Shown here: in pieces, positions 18,129 to 27,897 of the stretch | Layout: each line of letters begins with the position of its first letter | How positions within the stretch are numbered: the first letter of the stretch is position 1 | Source of the DNA: Porphyromonadaceae bacterium UBA2751 | GTDB lineage: Bacteria > Bacteroidota > Bacteroidia > Bacteroidales > Muribaculaceae | DNA: 64,000 nucleotides | Reading direction: 5' to 3' | NCBI GenBank assembly: GCA_002353285.1 | Contig: DEJJ01000011.1 | Location: 2,240 to 66,239, forward strand | Position numbers and translations under genes: made by a program | Notes under the pieces: model-generated | Told to the model about the DNA's origin: nothing | Seen by the model: only the letters and a program-made list of their open reading frames with translations | The model's database searches: none

Positions 18129-18713
18129 ATGAGCAAAAACGCGGGAGTAGAAGATGACAAACGACTCATTCGCGGCATCATGAAGGGAAATCGTGCGGCA
18201 ATGCAGGAATTCTATAGCCTCACGGTTCGCAACATGACAGCCACGTGCTCTCGCTATATAGTTAACCAAGACGATGTCAAGGACATCCTTCAGGATAGTT
18301 ATCTCAAGGCTTTTTCAAGCATAGGTTCATTCACTCCCCGCAGCGACGGGTCGCTTGCGGCATGGCTAAGGCGCATTGTTGTTAACGAGTCGTTGCAACT
18401 GCTCCGACGCAAGAAAATGCTAAACCAGTTTGTGAGCATCGACAGCGTGGAAGACGGACAGGACGTGATAACCGACGAAACTGAGCTCAACAATTACACC
18501 GCAAGTATCGACCTACAAGAGCTAATGGCCCTTGTGCAACAACTCCCAGCAGGATATCGCACCATCTTCAACTTGCATGCAATAGAAAAAATCCCACACA
18601 GCGACATTGCCTCGATGCTGGGGATAAGCGAAGGCACATCGGCCTCGCAATATCATCGTGCCCGCAAACTGCTGGCAAAACTGATAATAGATCATCAAAA
18701 CCAGAAGCTATGA
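18129..18713 (+). CDS. ECF RNA polymerase sigma factor
   Basis: DVKDILQDSYLKAF, WLRRIVVN, LPAGYRTIFNL..IASMLGISEGTS.SQYHRAR. Confidence 0.95.
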   Translation: MSKNAGVEDDKRLIRGIMKGNRAAMQEFYSLTVRNMTATCSRYIVNQDDVKDILQDSYLKAFSSIGSFTPRSDGSLAAWLRRIVVNESLQLLRRKKMLNQFVSIDSVEDGQDVITDETELNNYTASIDLQELMALVQQLPAGYRTIFNLHAIEKIPHSDIASMLGISEGTSASQYHRARKLLAKLIIDHQNQKL

Positions 18714-20002
18714 AACATGACTTTATCGACATAATACACGACAGGCTCACTCGGCATGAAATGAAAGAGCCATCGGGACTGTGGCAAGATATAAACGAGG
18801 CCATGGATAATAGCTACGATGCGAAAAAGAGCCTCATTGCCAGCCGCAACACCTTATATAAGGTGGCAGCCAGTATAGCCGCCAGTGTGCTTGCTGCAAT
18901 AGCAATATGGACCACACTCAGCCACGACAGCAATCACGAACTTCCATCAAAGGAAAATGTTGTCGCTTCACACACACCGCCTGAAACTGTGGAAGCCAGA
19001 CAGAGTTTTCAACCATTATCAATTGTAAACGAGAAAAAACATCTCGCCCATAATAACACTTTACCATCTCAGGGCATAGCTGGCATTAAGCACTCAAATA
19101 AAGAGTTGGCAATGCCCATAACATTCAGCGAAATAGCCAGTCCTTCAACAAATAACGAGCAAGAGGAAAAGACGACTCAAAAAGACAACACATCGATGAG
19201 CACAGCTCAATGGCCAACTCAAGGAGTTCATTTCACCCCTTATGCTCAGGAGAACAACTCGACAGTTTTAGCCAATCTTAATTCGTCGCAACTACCAAAA
19301 ACACTCTGGACACAAACCGACAAATTAATAAAACGACATCGATCTGTTGATATTTCACTCTACTATAATGGAATAAACACCTCATCGGCATGGAAAACCA
19401 ACCTTATAGATTATGCAATGGGGCAAGGCCCTCAAAATGCCATGCCCGACCCTAACATTCCTGAGAACCAAGAAGATGTAAAAGTTGATGAGAAAGAGCA
19501 GCTGATCCCCATCAGGATTGGTCTCGAAGCATGGTACCCTCTTGGTGACAAATGGCGGCTGGGAAGCGGCATTGTTTACACACGCCTGATGCACACAGCC
19601 ACAACCACCTATACAAAACACAAGATTTCGATGCAAGACAAGAGAGAGACAACCTCTCATTATATTGGCATCCCCATTCAAGTGTCACGTATTTTATGGT
19701 CAAAGAGGCGCTTTAAGCTCTACGCAGGAGTGGGAGGCATGATAGAATTCAACCTCAAGAGCAAGGTGCGCGATTTAGCTAATGGCCAGCTGATAGAAAC
19801 AAGAGAGTATCGTGACAAACGACCGCAATTCTCGGCAAACGCAAAACTTGGACTTCAGTACAACTTAGTTGACCGGTTGGGCATCTACATCGAACCTGGC
19901 GCGTCCTATTATTTCGACAATGGTGCCGACCATAATATATACTTGTCGCACCCACTACATTTTGACATAAACATGGGACTCAAGATAAACATCGGGAAGT
20001 AA
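18710..20002 (+). CDS. Anti-sigma factor with TM helix, disordered linker and C-terminal outer-membrane beta-barrel (Dma-like)
   Basis: Overlaps the sigma gene (ATGA); EPSGLWQDI N-domain, TM AASIAASVLAAIAIW, S/T/Q/E/N-rich linker, barrel strands YIGIPI..GIYIEPG.SYYFDNG..INMGLKINI. Confidence 0.8.
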   Translation: MKHDFIDIIHDRLTRHEMKEPSGLWQDINEAMDNSYDAKKSLIASRNTLYKVAASIAASVLAAIAIWTTLSHDSNHELPSKENVVASHTPPETVEARQSFQPLSIVNEKKHLAHNNTLPSQGIAGIKHSNKELAMPITFSEIASPSTNNEQEEKTTQKDNTSMSTAQWPTQGVHFTPYAQENNSTVLANLNSSQLPKTLWTQTDKLIKRHRSVDISLYYNGINTSSAWKTNLIDYAMGQGPQNAMPDPNIPENQEDVKVDEKEQLIPIRIGLEAWYPLGDKWRLGSGIVYTRLMHTATTTYTKHKISMQDKRETTSHYIGIPIQVSRILWSKRRFKLYAGVGGMIEFNLKSKVRDLANGQLIETREYRDKRPQFSANAKLGLQYNLVDRLGIYIEPGASYYFDNGADHNIYLSHPLHFDINMGLKINIGK

Positions 20003-20145
20003 TTGCCCCCAAAAGTGGGACTGTTGTTTGCATTATTTTGTAACATATTCTCCAAAAACTTTATGTGTTGATTTTGTATTTCGCTTGCATTTAAGTAACT
20101 TTGCAGTTTGAAAATAAAAAAACAACAATAAAATCAGATCCCACT

Positions 20146-21927
20146 ATGTCGATTGAGAACATTTTATCGCAAGCCACCGCACAGGCGGTGAAGGAATTAT
20201 ATAACTTGGAGGTGGAGCCACAAAGCATTGTGCCACAGGCCACACGCAAGGAGTTTGAGGGCAACCTTACCATCGTGGTGTTCCCATTCCTAAGAGCATC
20301 GCACAAGGCACCCGACGCCACTGCTCAAGAGATTGGCGAGCACCTGGCAGCTCACTGCGAGGCAGTTGAGAAATTCAATGTAATTAAAGGATTCCTCAAC
20401 ATCAGCATCAAGCCTTCGTTCTGGGCACAGTTGCTCGACAAGATGAGCCGTGATGAGAATTACGGCTTCAAGGAGGCTACCGACGAGAGCCAACTCGTGA
20501 TGATTGAGTACAGCTCTCCCAACACCAACAAGCCCTTGCACCTGGGACACGTGCGCAACAACTTGCTGGGCTACAGTCTGGCGCAAATCATGAAGGCATG
20601 TGGCAACAAGGTGGTGAAGACCAACATCGTGAACGACCGCGGCATCCACATCTGCAAGTCGATGCTGGCATGGCTCAAGTGGGGCAATGGCGCCACACCC
20701 GAGAGCACTGGCAAGAAGGGCGACCACCTGATTGGCGACTTCTATGTCCTCTTCGACAAGCACTACAAAGCCGAAATCAAGGAGATTGCTGCCGCTCAAG
20801 GCATCAGCGAAGAAGATGCCGAGAAGCAGTCGCCACTAATGCAAGAGGCTCGTGCCATGCTCAAGAAGTGGGAAGATAATGACCCTGAGGTGCGTGCTCT
20901 GTGGGAGAAGATGAACTCGTGGGTGTATGCCGGTTTTGACGAGACCTACAAGCGCATGGGCGTTGACTTCGACAAAATTTACTACGAGAGCCAGACCTAC
21001 CTTGAGGGCAAGGAGAAGGTGGAAGAAGGCCTGGAGAAAGGCGTGTTCTACCGCAAGGACGATGGCAGCGTGTGGGCCGACCTAACACCCGATGGTCTTG
21101 ACCACAAGATATTGCTGCGCAGTGATGGCACAAGCGTGTATATTACCCAAGACATTGGCACTGCCAAACTGCGCTACCAGGACTACCCTATCGACAAGAT
21201 GATATATGTGGTGGGTAATGAGCAGAACTACCACTTCCAAGTGCTGTCGCTACTGCTCGACCGTCTGGGCTTCAAGTGGGGAAAGGACTTGATCCACTTC
21301 TCCTATGGCATGGTGGAACTGCCCAACGGGAAGATGAAATCGCGCGAAGGCACTGTGGTTGATGCCGATGACCTCATGGATAAGATGGTAGAAGATGCTC
21401 TGGCCATGACCAGCGACCGCCTTGAGGGCATGACCGAAGAGGAGAAACGCGAAGTGGCCCGCATCATAGGCATGGGTGCGCTCAAGTACTTCATTCTCAA
21501 GGTAGACCCACGCAAGAACATGCTATTCAACCCTGAGGAGAGCATCGACTTCAATGGCAACACTGGCCCCTTCATCCAGTACACCTACGCACGCATTCAG
21601 TCGCTTCAGCGCAAGGCTGGTGATGCCCTGCCAGCACTCAGTGTTGAGGCAGTAACACCCAACGACAAGGAGATAGCCATCATCCAGCGCATTGCCGACT
21701 TTGCCAGCGTGGTTGAGGAGGCAGGCAAGACTTATAGCCCAGCACTGATTGCCAACTATGCCTACGACTTGGCCAAGGAATTCAACCAGTTCTATCACGA
21801 CTATAGCATCCTCAAGGAAGAGGATGAGAACGTGAAGGTGTTCCGTCTGGAGCTCTCACGCACGGTGGCTGGCGTCATCAAGCGCGCATTCTCACTGCTG
21901 GGCATCGAGGTTCCGGAAAGAATGTAA
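20146..21927 (+). CDS. argS: Arginine--tRNA ligase (start MSIEN)
   Basis: EYSSPNTNKPLHLGH, KMKSREG, GNTGPFIQYTYAR; -7 box at 20096-20103. Confidence 0.97.
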   Translation: MSIENILSQATAQAVKELYNLEVEPQSIVPQATRKEFEGNLTIVVFPFLRASHKAPDATAQEIGEHLAAHCEAVEKFNVIKGFLNISIKPSFWAQLLDKMSRDENYGFKEATDESQLVMIEYSSPNTNKPLHLGHVRNNLLGYSLAQIMKACGNKVVKTNIVNDRGIHICKSMLAWLKWGNGATPESTGKKGDHLIGDFYVLFDKHYKAEIKEIAAAQGISEEDAEKQSPLMQEARAMLKKWEDNDPEVRALWEKMNSWVYAGFDETYKRMGVDFDKIYYESQTYLEGKEKVEEGLEKGVFYRKDDGSVWADLTPDGLDHKILLRSDGTSVYITQDIGTAKLRYQDYPIDKMIYVVGNEQNYHFQVLSLLLDRLGFKWGKDLIHFSYGMVELPNGKMKSREGTVVDADDLMDKMVEDALAMTSDRLEGMTEEEKREVARIIGMGALKYFILKVDPRKNMLFNPEESIDFNGNTGPFIQYTYARIQSLQRKAGDALPALSVEAVTPNDKEIAIIQRIADFASVVEEAGKTYSPALIANYAYDLAKEFNQFYHDYSILKEEDENVKVFRLELSRTVAGVIKRAFSLLGIEVPERM

Positions 21928-21979
21928 GATTTGGCATGGTTTTTGCTTTATCCTATCTAAAACTAAAATTAACTAAGAT

Positions 21980-22714
21980 ATGAACTACAACAACATTCCA
22001 CCGTTGCCTCAGGCAAATGCTACTCAGGCAACACCTTATCAGAATGAATGGTCACTGAATGCCTACATGACGCAAGTGATGCGCAAGGTGTATGTGAAAA
22101 TGTTCTTGGGCTTGCTTGTTACCGCCCTGACATCATTTTTCGTGATGAGTAACGAGACAGTGCTAATTACGCTCTTGCAGAACCGTGCGCTGCTCATTGG
22201 CTTGTGTGTGGGTGAGCTGGCACTCGTGTTTGCACTCTCAATGGCAATCAACAAGCTCAGCCCTGCTGTTGCCACCCTCTTGTTCTATGCTTACGCTGTG
22301 CTCAACGGCGTGACACTCACACCAATCTTCCTGGTCTACACCGCGTCGTCGATTGGCCTAACCTTCATGGTAACCGCAGGTGTGTTCCTGGCGATGTCGA
22401 TCTACGGCTACACCACTAAAGCCGACCTCACAAAGTTTGGCACCTACATGGTAATGGCCCTCATTGGCCTGATTGTGTGCTCAATCATCAACATCTTCTG
22501 GGCCAATAGCGTGATGGACTGGATTATCAGCTTTGCGGGCGTGATAATCTTCATTGGCCTTACAGCATGGGACACCCAGAAGATCAAGCAAATGGCTCAA
22601 GAAACCGATGAAGCTAATGCCGGCAAACTGGCAACCCTGGGAGCCCTGTCGCTCTATCTTGACTTCATCAACCTGTTCCTGTACCTGCTGCGCTTCCTGG
22701 GCAACCGCGAATAA
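21980..22714 (+). CDS. Bax inhibitor-1/YccA family membrane protein
   Basis: 7 TM, LTAWDTQKIK, GALSLYLDFINLFLYLLR. Confidence 0.93.
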   Translation: MNYNNIPPLPQANATQATPYQNEWSLNAYMTQVMRKVYVKMFLGLLVTALTSFFVMSNETVLITLLQNRALLIGLCVGELALVFALSMAINKLSPAVATLLFYAYAVLNGVTLTPIFLVYTASSIGLTFMVTAGVFLAMSIYGYTTKADLTKFGTYMVMALIGLIVCSIINIFWANSVMDWIISFAGVIIFIGLTAWDTQKIKQMAQETDEANAGKLATLGALSLYLDFINLFLYLLRFLGNRE

Positions 22715-22754
22715 GAGACACACATATAGACTGCTTGCAGTAGACCGAAACAAG

Positions 22755-22790
22755 ACATCACATACCAACCGATATGTGATGTTTTTTCTT
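22755..22790 (+). terminator. Intrinsic terminator
   Basis: ACATCACATA/TATGTGATGT stem plus T-run. Confidence 0.7.
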
Positions 22791-22863
22791 GTTTTATACA
22801 ATAAAAACAACGAAGTTGAGTTTTATATTTTAGATAATACTAATTTCGCTGTTTTTTTAGATT

Positions 22864-24054
22864 ATGAAGAAATTAACCACAATAGTTGTGACGATGGCAT
22901 TGCTCATGACCAGCAAAGTAGCAATTGCCGACGACGACATTAAAAACGAGGAGTTTAACCCCATTACTACAGGTGTGACCTCGCTCAGTATCACCCCCGA
23001 TGCTCGTGGAGCCTCGATGGGTGACCAGGGTGCAGCAACCGACCCTGATGTCAACTCTCAATTCTGGAACCCGTCGAAATATGCCTTTGCTTACAGCAAG
23101 GCAGGTGTTTCGATTTCCTACACCCCGTGGCTTCGCAAGCTCGTTAACGACATCTTCCTTGCCAACCTGTCAGGTTACTGGAAGATAGGAAGCGGCGACA
23201 ATCAGGCCGTGAGTGCGTCGATGCGCTACTTCTCACTGGGCGAAATCAACAGCACCGACGATGGTGGCAATGCGATGTCGAGCATCAACCCCTTTGAGAT
23301 GTCGGTGGATGTGGGTTACTCTCGCAAGCTGAGTGAAAAGTTCTCGATGGGTGTTGTGCTGCGCTACATCTATAGTGACTTGGGCTTCTCGAACTATAGT
23401 GGCACCGATCAGACCACAGGAGCGTCGGCATTCTCGGCCGACATTTCGGGCTACTTCAACACTTATCCCATGATAGGCCGCAATGAGTGCCAGTGGAACC
23501 TGGGTTTCAACATTTCTAACATTGGTTCGAAGGTGAGCTACAACGGTGGTGACGACCCAGCCTTCATCCCCACCAACCTGAAGCTTGGTACTGCTTTCAC
23601 GTTCCCACTTGCCGATTATCACAACCTCACGATCAGTGCTGAAGCCAACAAGCTGCTCGTGCCAGCGCGTCCACGCCTGGCGAACTATGATAATCAGGAG
23701 GAATATGAGCAGGCGCTGCAGAACTGGAAAGACATGTCGTCGATTTCGGGAATTTTCAAGTCGTTCTCCGATGCACCTGGTGGCTTCAAGGAGGAGCTTC
23801 GCGAGATCACATTCTCGATTGGTGCTGAGTACAGTTACAACCAGCAGTTCTTCTTGCGTGGTGGTTTCTTCAACGAGAACAAGTACAAGGGTAACCGTAA
23901 GTACTTCGGCCTTGGTGCTGGCTTTGCGCTCAACGTCATCAAGCTTGATGCTGCCTACATGATTGCCACAGCTCAGAACAGTCCACTTGACCAGACGCTG
24001 AGGTTCACCCTGTCGTTTGACATGGATGGTATTCGCAACTTGTTTAATAGATAA
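22864..24054 (+). CDS. porV: Type IX secretion outer-membrane shuttle PorV
   Basis: NPITTGVTSLSITPDARGASMGD, SYTPWLRKLVNDI, KGNRKYF, PLDQTLRFTL; upstream of ispF as usual. Confidence 0.95.
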   Translation: MKKLTTIVVTMALLMTSKVAIADDDIKNEEFNPITTGVTSLSITPDARGASMGDQGAATDPDVNSQFWNPSKYAFAYSKAGVSISYTPWLRKLVNDIFLANLSGYWKIGSGDNQAVSASMRYFSLGEINSTDDGGNAMSSINPFEMSVDVGYSRKLSEKFSMGVVLRYIYSDLGFSNYSGTDQTTGASAFSADISGYFNTYPMIGRNECQWNLGFNISNIGSKVSYNGGDDPAFIPTNLKLGTAFTFPLADYHNLTISAEANKLLVPARPRLANYDNQEEYEQALQNWKDMSSISGIFKSFSDAPGGFKEELREITFSIGAEYSYNQQFFLRGGFFNENKYKGNRKYFGLGAGFALNVIKLDAAYMIATAQNSPLDQTLRFTLSFDMDGIRNLFNR

Positions 24055-24137
24055 AACGAAAAAAGTAACACAATTAACATAAGGGGGACGAGGATATAGC
24101 TTGTCCCTTTTTTCTATAAAATCACAAAAAACGAAAT

Positions 24138-24611
24138 ATGATGCGCATAGGATACGGATTTGACGTGCACCGCCTTGTAGAGGGTCGTGAGCTGTGGATT
24201 GGTGGAGTGAAGATTGAGCACGACAAGGGGTTGCTGGGCCATAGCGATGCCGACGTGGCAATTCATGCCTTGTGCGACGCTCTGCTTGGAGCCGCTGCAA
24301 TGCGCGACATTGGTTATCACTTCCCCGACACCGACCCGCGCTACAAGGGGATTGACAGCCGCAAACTCCTGCGTGAAGTGATGCGGCTGCTTGGTGAGCA
24401 AGGCTACCGCCTGGGCAACTGCGACATTACCATCTGCGCCGAGGCCCCTAAGATGAATCCTCACATCCCTGCCATGCAGCAAGAGCTTGCTGAGTGCATG
24501 GGCTGCGAAGTGGGTCAAGTATCAATCAAGGCTACCACTACCGAGCGCTTGGGCTACACTGGCAGGGGTGAAGGCATAGCTGCTCATGCAATGGCTCTGA
24601 TAACAAAGTGA
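24138..24611 (+). CDS. ispF: 2-C-methyl-D-erythritol 2,4-cyclodiphosphate synthase
   Basis: [21 protein letters not shown]. Confidence 0.97.
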   Translation: MMRIGYGFDVHRLVEGRELWIGGVKIEHDKGLLGHSDADVAIHALCDALLGAAAMRDIGYHFPDTDPRYKGIDSRKLLREVMRLLGEQGYRLGNCDITICAEAPKMNPHIPAMQQELAECMGCEVGQVSIKATTTERLGYTGRGEGIAAHAMALITK

Positions 24612-24805
24612 AAAGGAAATGGTGGAATCGCTGGAATCAAACAACTTTTACAGCCTGTAAACAACTTTCACAACTGGTTAAGTCATCTTCATGTTGGATG
24701 GGACAGTTTTGCGATTTTTTTGTTGGCAACATGCCAAGTAGGCTCTTGTGCTGGGGTGCACAGGGCATAGTTAACACCTTATTATATTTAATGACCGATT
24801 TGGTT

Positions 24806-26050
24806 TTAAAGTTGGCGGGCTACTTGGAGGGCAGTCATTATTGCGACGCCGGTGTCGTCGGCGAGCTTGAGGCTGTTGTGTCCACTCAATATTGAACCGA
24901 TGGCATAAAGATTGGAGATGGGTCGCCCGTCCTTCAGGGCGTGGAACTCATTGTCGGTTTTTACACCAAATTCCATGTAGGGTTGCGCATCGAAGAGTTT
25001 CTCGCGTGTCCACTCACCGCTATTTCCCTTATAGTCAACATCTAAGTCAAAAATTGGTTCCTTTATTCCCTGGCTGCTTGAGATGAGGCCTCCACTCATA
25101 AAAGAGCCTGTGGCAAGCACAAAGTTGTCGGCAAGGATCTCTTGGTCGGGGAAGTTCTTGGCTTCGACACCCAGCACTCGGTCGCCAACGATTCGCCCTC
25201 GCTTGACCATACTACCCAGCAAGAATGTGCCACCGTTGCTAATGAACAGCTTGCGCAGCTTCGTCAGCATCATTGTGCCCGTCACACTTGGTGGCAATGT
25301 TGACACGAACCTGACAGGCATCTTGAGATGATGAGCGAGCCTGGCAACGGTGTCGTCGCCATCAAGGCCAAAGACTGCAGGCATGACCACCAGCTGTGCA
25401 TCGCCAGCTGCAGCACGCACCTTGCGAGCCAAGTCGGCCAGCACGCCATCATTCTGCATGAGCTTTGCGACTGATGTGGAGCGCATGACCTGCTGATTGT
25501 TGGTGAGCTTCTCGATGGCGCCAAGTTTCACGTCGCACATGTGGCACTCGACTCCCATGCGCTTGAATGCTGCGTCGACAAAGTGGGCCGGGAAGTCAAG
25601 AAAACCTTGCAAATTAACGAGTGCCAGCTTGCTCCATGGCATCGATGTTGCGCTTGTGCTGGTGACGTAGTCGGTGAGGGAGAGCCATGTGGGTCGCATC
25701 ATGCCCAATGGTGTCATGCGATAGTGATTGCTGTTTAAGATGGTGTCGTCGCCAAAATGCAGGCCGGCGCCAGCAAGGATGACGGGGGCCATAGCTGCAT
25801 TGTGAGCTACACTGGCAGCACCCATCTTAGAGTAAGGGTGCTGAGGGCTGAGGTTGCCGATGGCGTCGAGTGGTCGATTGACCTCCTTACCTTGCTCATC
25901 AAATCCAAGCAAGTCGATAGACCCTGAGAAATAATTGAGCTTGCTCTGCCCCTTGACCATCAAGGCCACTTGCTTGCCATTGGTGGCAAGCGCTATTCCA
26001 CACATGATGGCGCTCAAGCCGCCACCTATCACTATCACGTCGTATTTCAT
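24806..26050 (-). CDS. glpB: Anaerobic glycerol-3-phosphate dehydrogenase subunit B
   Basis: IGGGL, FSGSIDLLG, LPPSVTG, LATGSFMSGGL, EPIFDLDV. Confidence 0.9.
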   Translation of the reverse strand: MKYDVIVIGGGLSAIMCGIALATNGKQVALMVKGQSKLNYFSGSIDLLGFDEQGKEVNRPLDAIGNLSPQHPYSKMGAASVAHNAAMAPVILAGAGLHFGDDTILNSNHYRMTPLGMMRPTWLSLTDYVTSTSATSMPWSKLALVNLQGFLDFPAHFVDAAFKRMGVECHMCDVKLGAIEKLTNNQQVMRSTSVAKLMQNDGVLADLARKVRAAAGDAQLVVMPAVFGLDGDDTVARLAHHLKMPVRFVSTLPPSVTGTMMLTKLRKLFISNGGTFLLGSMVKRGRIVGDRVLGVEAKNFPDQEILADNFVLATGSFMSGGLISSSQGIKEPIFDLDVDYKGNSGEWTREKLFDAQPYMEFGVKTDNEFHALKDGRPISNLYAIGSILSGHNSLKLADDTGVAIMTALQVARQL

Positions 26051-26081
26051 TAGTTAACAGTTATCGGTATTAATATTGCCA

Positions 26082-27704
26082 TTAAAACACATCTTTGGGC
26101 GTCAGGCCGCACAAGCCCTCGTAGATTGTGGTTGTGAGCTGAGCCTCACTAAGAGTTGATCCCCATGCAACTGGTCGCATCCCCTTCCATCGCTCGTTCA
26201 TGAACGAAGAAAGGTCGTTGAGAGCCCTTGCCGCATTGCCATGACTCTGGCACAAGATAGATGCTGCACGACAAGCACACAACTTGCCCTGACATGAGCC
26301 CATGCCCATGCGTGTGCGGCGGCGCATCTTTGCCAGGTTGCTCACTCTCAACTTCTCGATGACATATTTCATCTCGCCCACACTCACGTGCTCACACTCG
26401 CACACCATAGTCTTGTCGTGAGCGCTGTTCTCCTTGATTTCCTTGGCCATTGAGCCATGCCGCTCCTGAGCCGACTTGTGAGTGATGAGCCCGCGGTTGC
26501 CACGCTTCTTGGGCATGCGCTCCTCCTCGCTGCCAGGCAATGGCAGGATGGCTGTGGTGCAAGCGCCCACTTTGTCAAGCTTGCTGCACACAAGGTCGGT
26601 GGCAATCTCAGCCATGAGCCTGTAGGTCATCATCTTGCCACCGGTGATGGTGATGAATCCATCCATTCCATCGCGCTCCTTGTGGTCGAGGCACACGATG
26701 CCACGGCTAATGCTGCGCCCTGCAGGGTCATCGTCGCTTGCGACAAGCGGTCGCACACCGGCATAGGCCCGCAAGATGCGCGTGGAGGCCAGCGAAGGCA
26801 CCAGCTTCACGCCCTCCTTGAGCAGCGTTTCGACTTCGGCCGGGGTCACCCGCATGTCGTCAATCTCGCTCAGTGGCACTCGGTCGCTTGTGGTGCCAAG
26901 CATGCTCACAATCTTGTCGGGGACAAGGATGTCGCCGTTGGCAGGCTTTCGGCAGCGGTTTATCACCATGTTGTTTACTCGGCGGCCAAAGATGAGCAAC
27001 GACCCCTTGGCCGGGAACATGTTAATTGTGACACCGGCTTTACGTGCAATGAGCGTTCCCCATATTCCAGCGGCATTAACAGTGACTGGAGCATAGGCCA
27101 CACTGTCTTCGCCAGTGAGATTATTGTGCAGCTCCACCCCTTTGACCACAGCATTCTCCACTATCAATCCTGTCACTTCATGATAGGTGAGAGCCACGGC
27201 ACCATGGCGGCGTGCGTCAATAATATTGGCCGTGGTCAAGGCAAACGGATCGATGGCTGCATCGGGAACTCTGACTGCGCCAATGAGAAGTGGATTGACG
27301 GCCGGCTCAATGATGCGTGCCTCGCTGGGGTCGATGACCTCGGCATTGATGCCAGCATTCAAGCAGGCATCGACAAAGGTGTCCTGATAGCTTAAGTCGT
27401 CTTCGGGCAATGTGATAAAGAGGCCATCGGTCTCCTCGATGCAGTGACGGGCAATGTGGCGCAAAATCATGTTCTCGCCAATGCACTCGGCAGCACTCTC
27501 CTGGTCGGTGACTGCATAGCGGGCACCACTGTGCATCAACCCATGGTTGCGGCCTGTGGCACCATTGGTGAAGTCAAATCGCTCCACCAGCAGCACCTTG
27601 AGTCCACGCAGCGCACAGTCGCGTGCAGTGCCAGCTCCAGTGATGCCACCACCTATAATAATAACGTCGTATTCAAGACTTGCAGGATTGTTATTTTTAT
27701 GCAT
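26082..27704 (-). CDS. glpA: Anaerobic glycerol-3-phosphate dehydrogenase subunit A
   Basis: GATGRNHGLMHSGARY, YAGVRPL, C-terminal BFD-like CECE..RRTRMGMGSCQG.LC. Confidence 0.95.
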   Translation of the reverse strand: MHKNNNPASLEYDVIIIGGGITGAGTARDCALRGLKVLLVERFDFTNGATGRNHGLMHSGARYAVTDQESAAECIGENMILRHIARHCIEETDGLFITLPEDDLSYQDTFVDACLNAGINAEVIDPSEARIIEPAVNPLLIGAVRVPDAAIDPFALTTANIIDARRHGAVALTYHEVTGLIVENAVVKGVELHNNLTGEDSVAYAPVTVNAAGIWGTLIARKAGVTINMFPAKGSLLIFGRRVNNMVINRCRKPANGDILVPDKIVSMLGTTSDRVPLSEIDDMRVTPAEVETLLKEGVKLVPSLASTRILRAYAGVRPLVASDDDPAGRSISRGIVCLDHKERDGMDGFITITGGKMMTYRLMAEIATDLVCSKLDKVGACTTAILPLPGSEEERMPKKRGNRGLITHKSAQERHGSMAKEIKENSAHDKTMVCECEHVSVGEMKYVIEKLRVSNLAKMRRRTRMGMGSCQGKLCACRAASILCQSHGNAARALNDLSSFMNERWKGMRPVAWGSTLSEAQLTTTIYEGLCGLTPKDVF

Positions 27705-27897
27705 TTTAATATCAAAATCGAGACGGTTAGGTTAATGATTGATTGGAACTAAGTTACAAAGTTACAAAAAAAGGGATGACGCGCCATGATTTTAACCCTT
27801 TTTATAGTGCGTTGCATAAAAAAATGTAATTTATTTGTTGCTTTCGCCGAAAAAGGGTATTTTTGTAACCGTCAATTAACAAAAACATCTACTGATC

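Noticed and set aside
24608-24895. 95-aa ORF as the missing glpC or a coupled gene
   Set aside because: Opposite strand to glpAB, no Fe-S motifs, and built partly from intergenic repeats.
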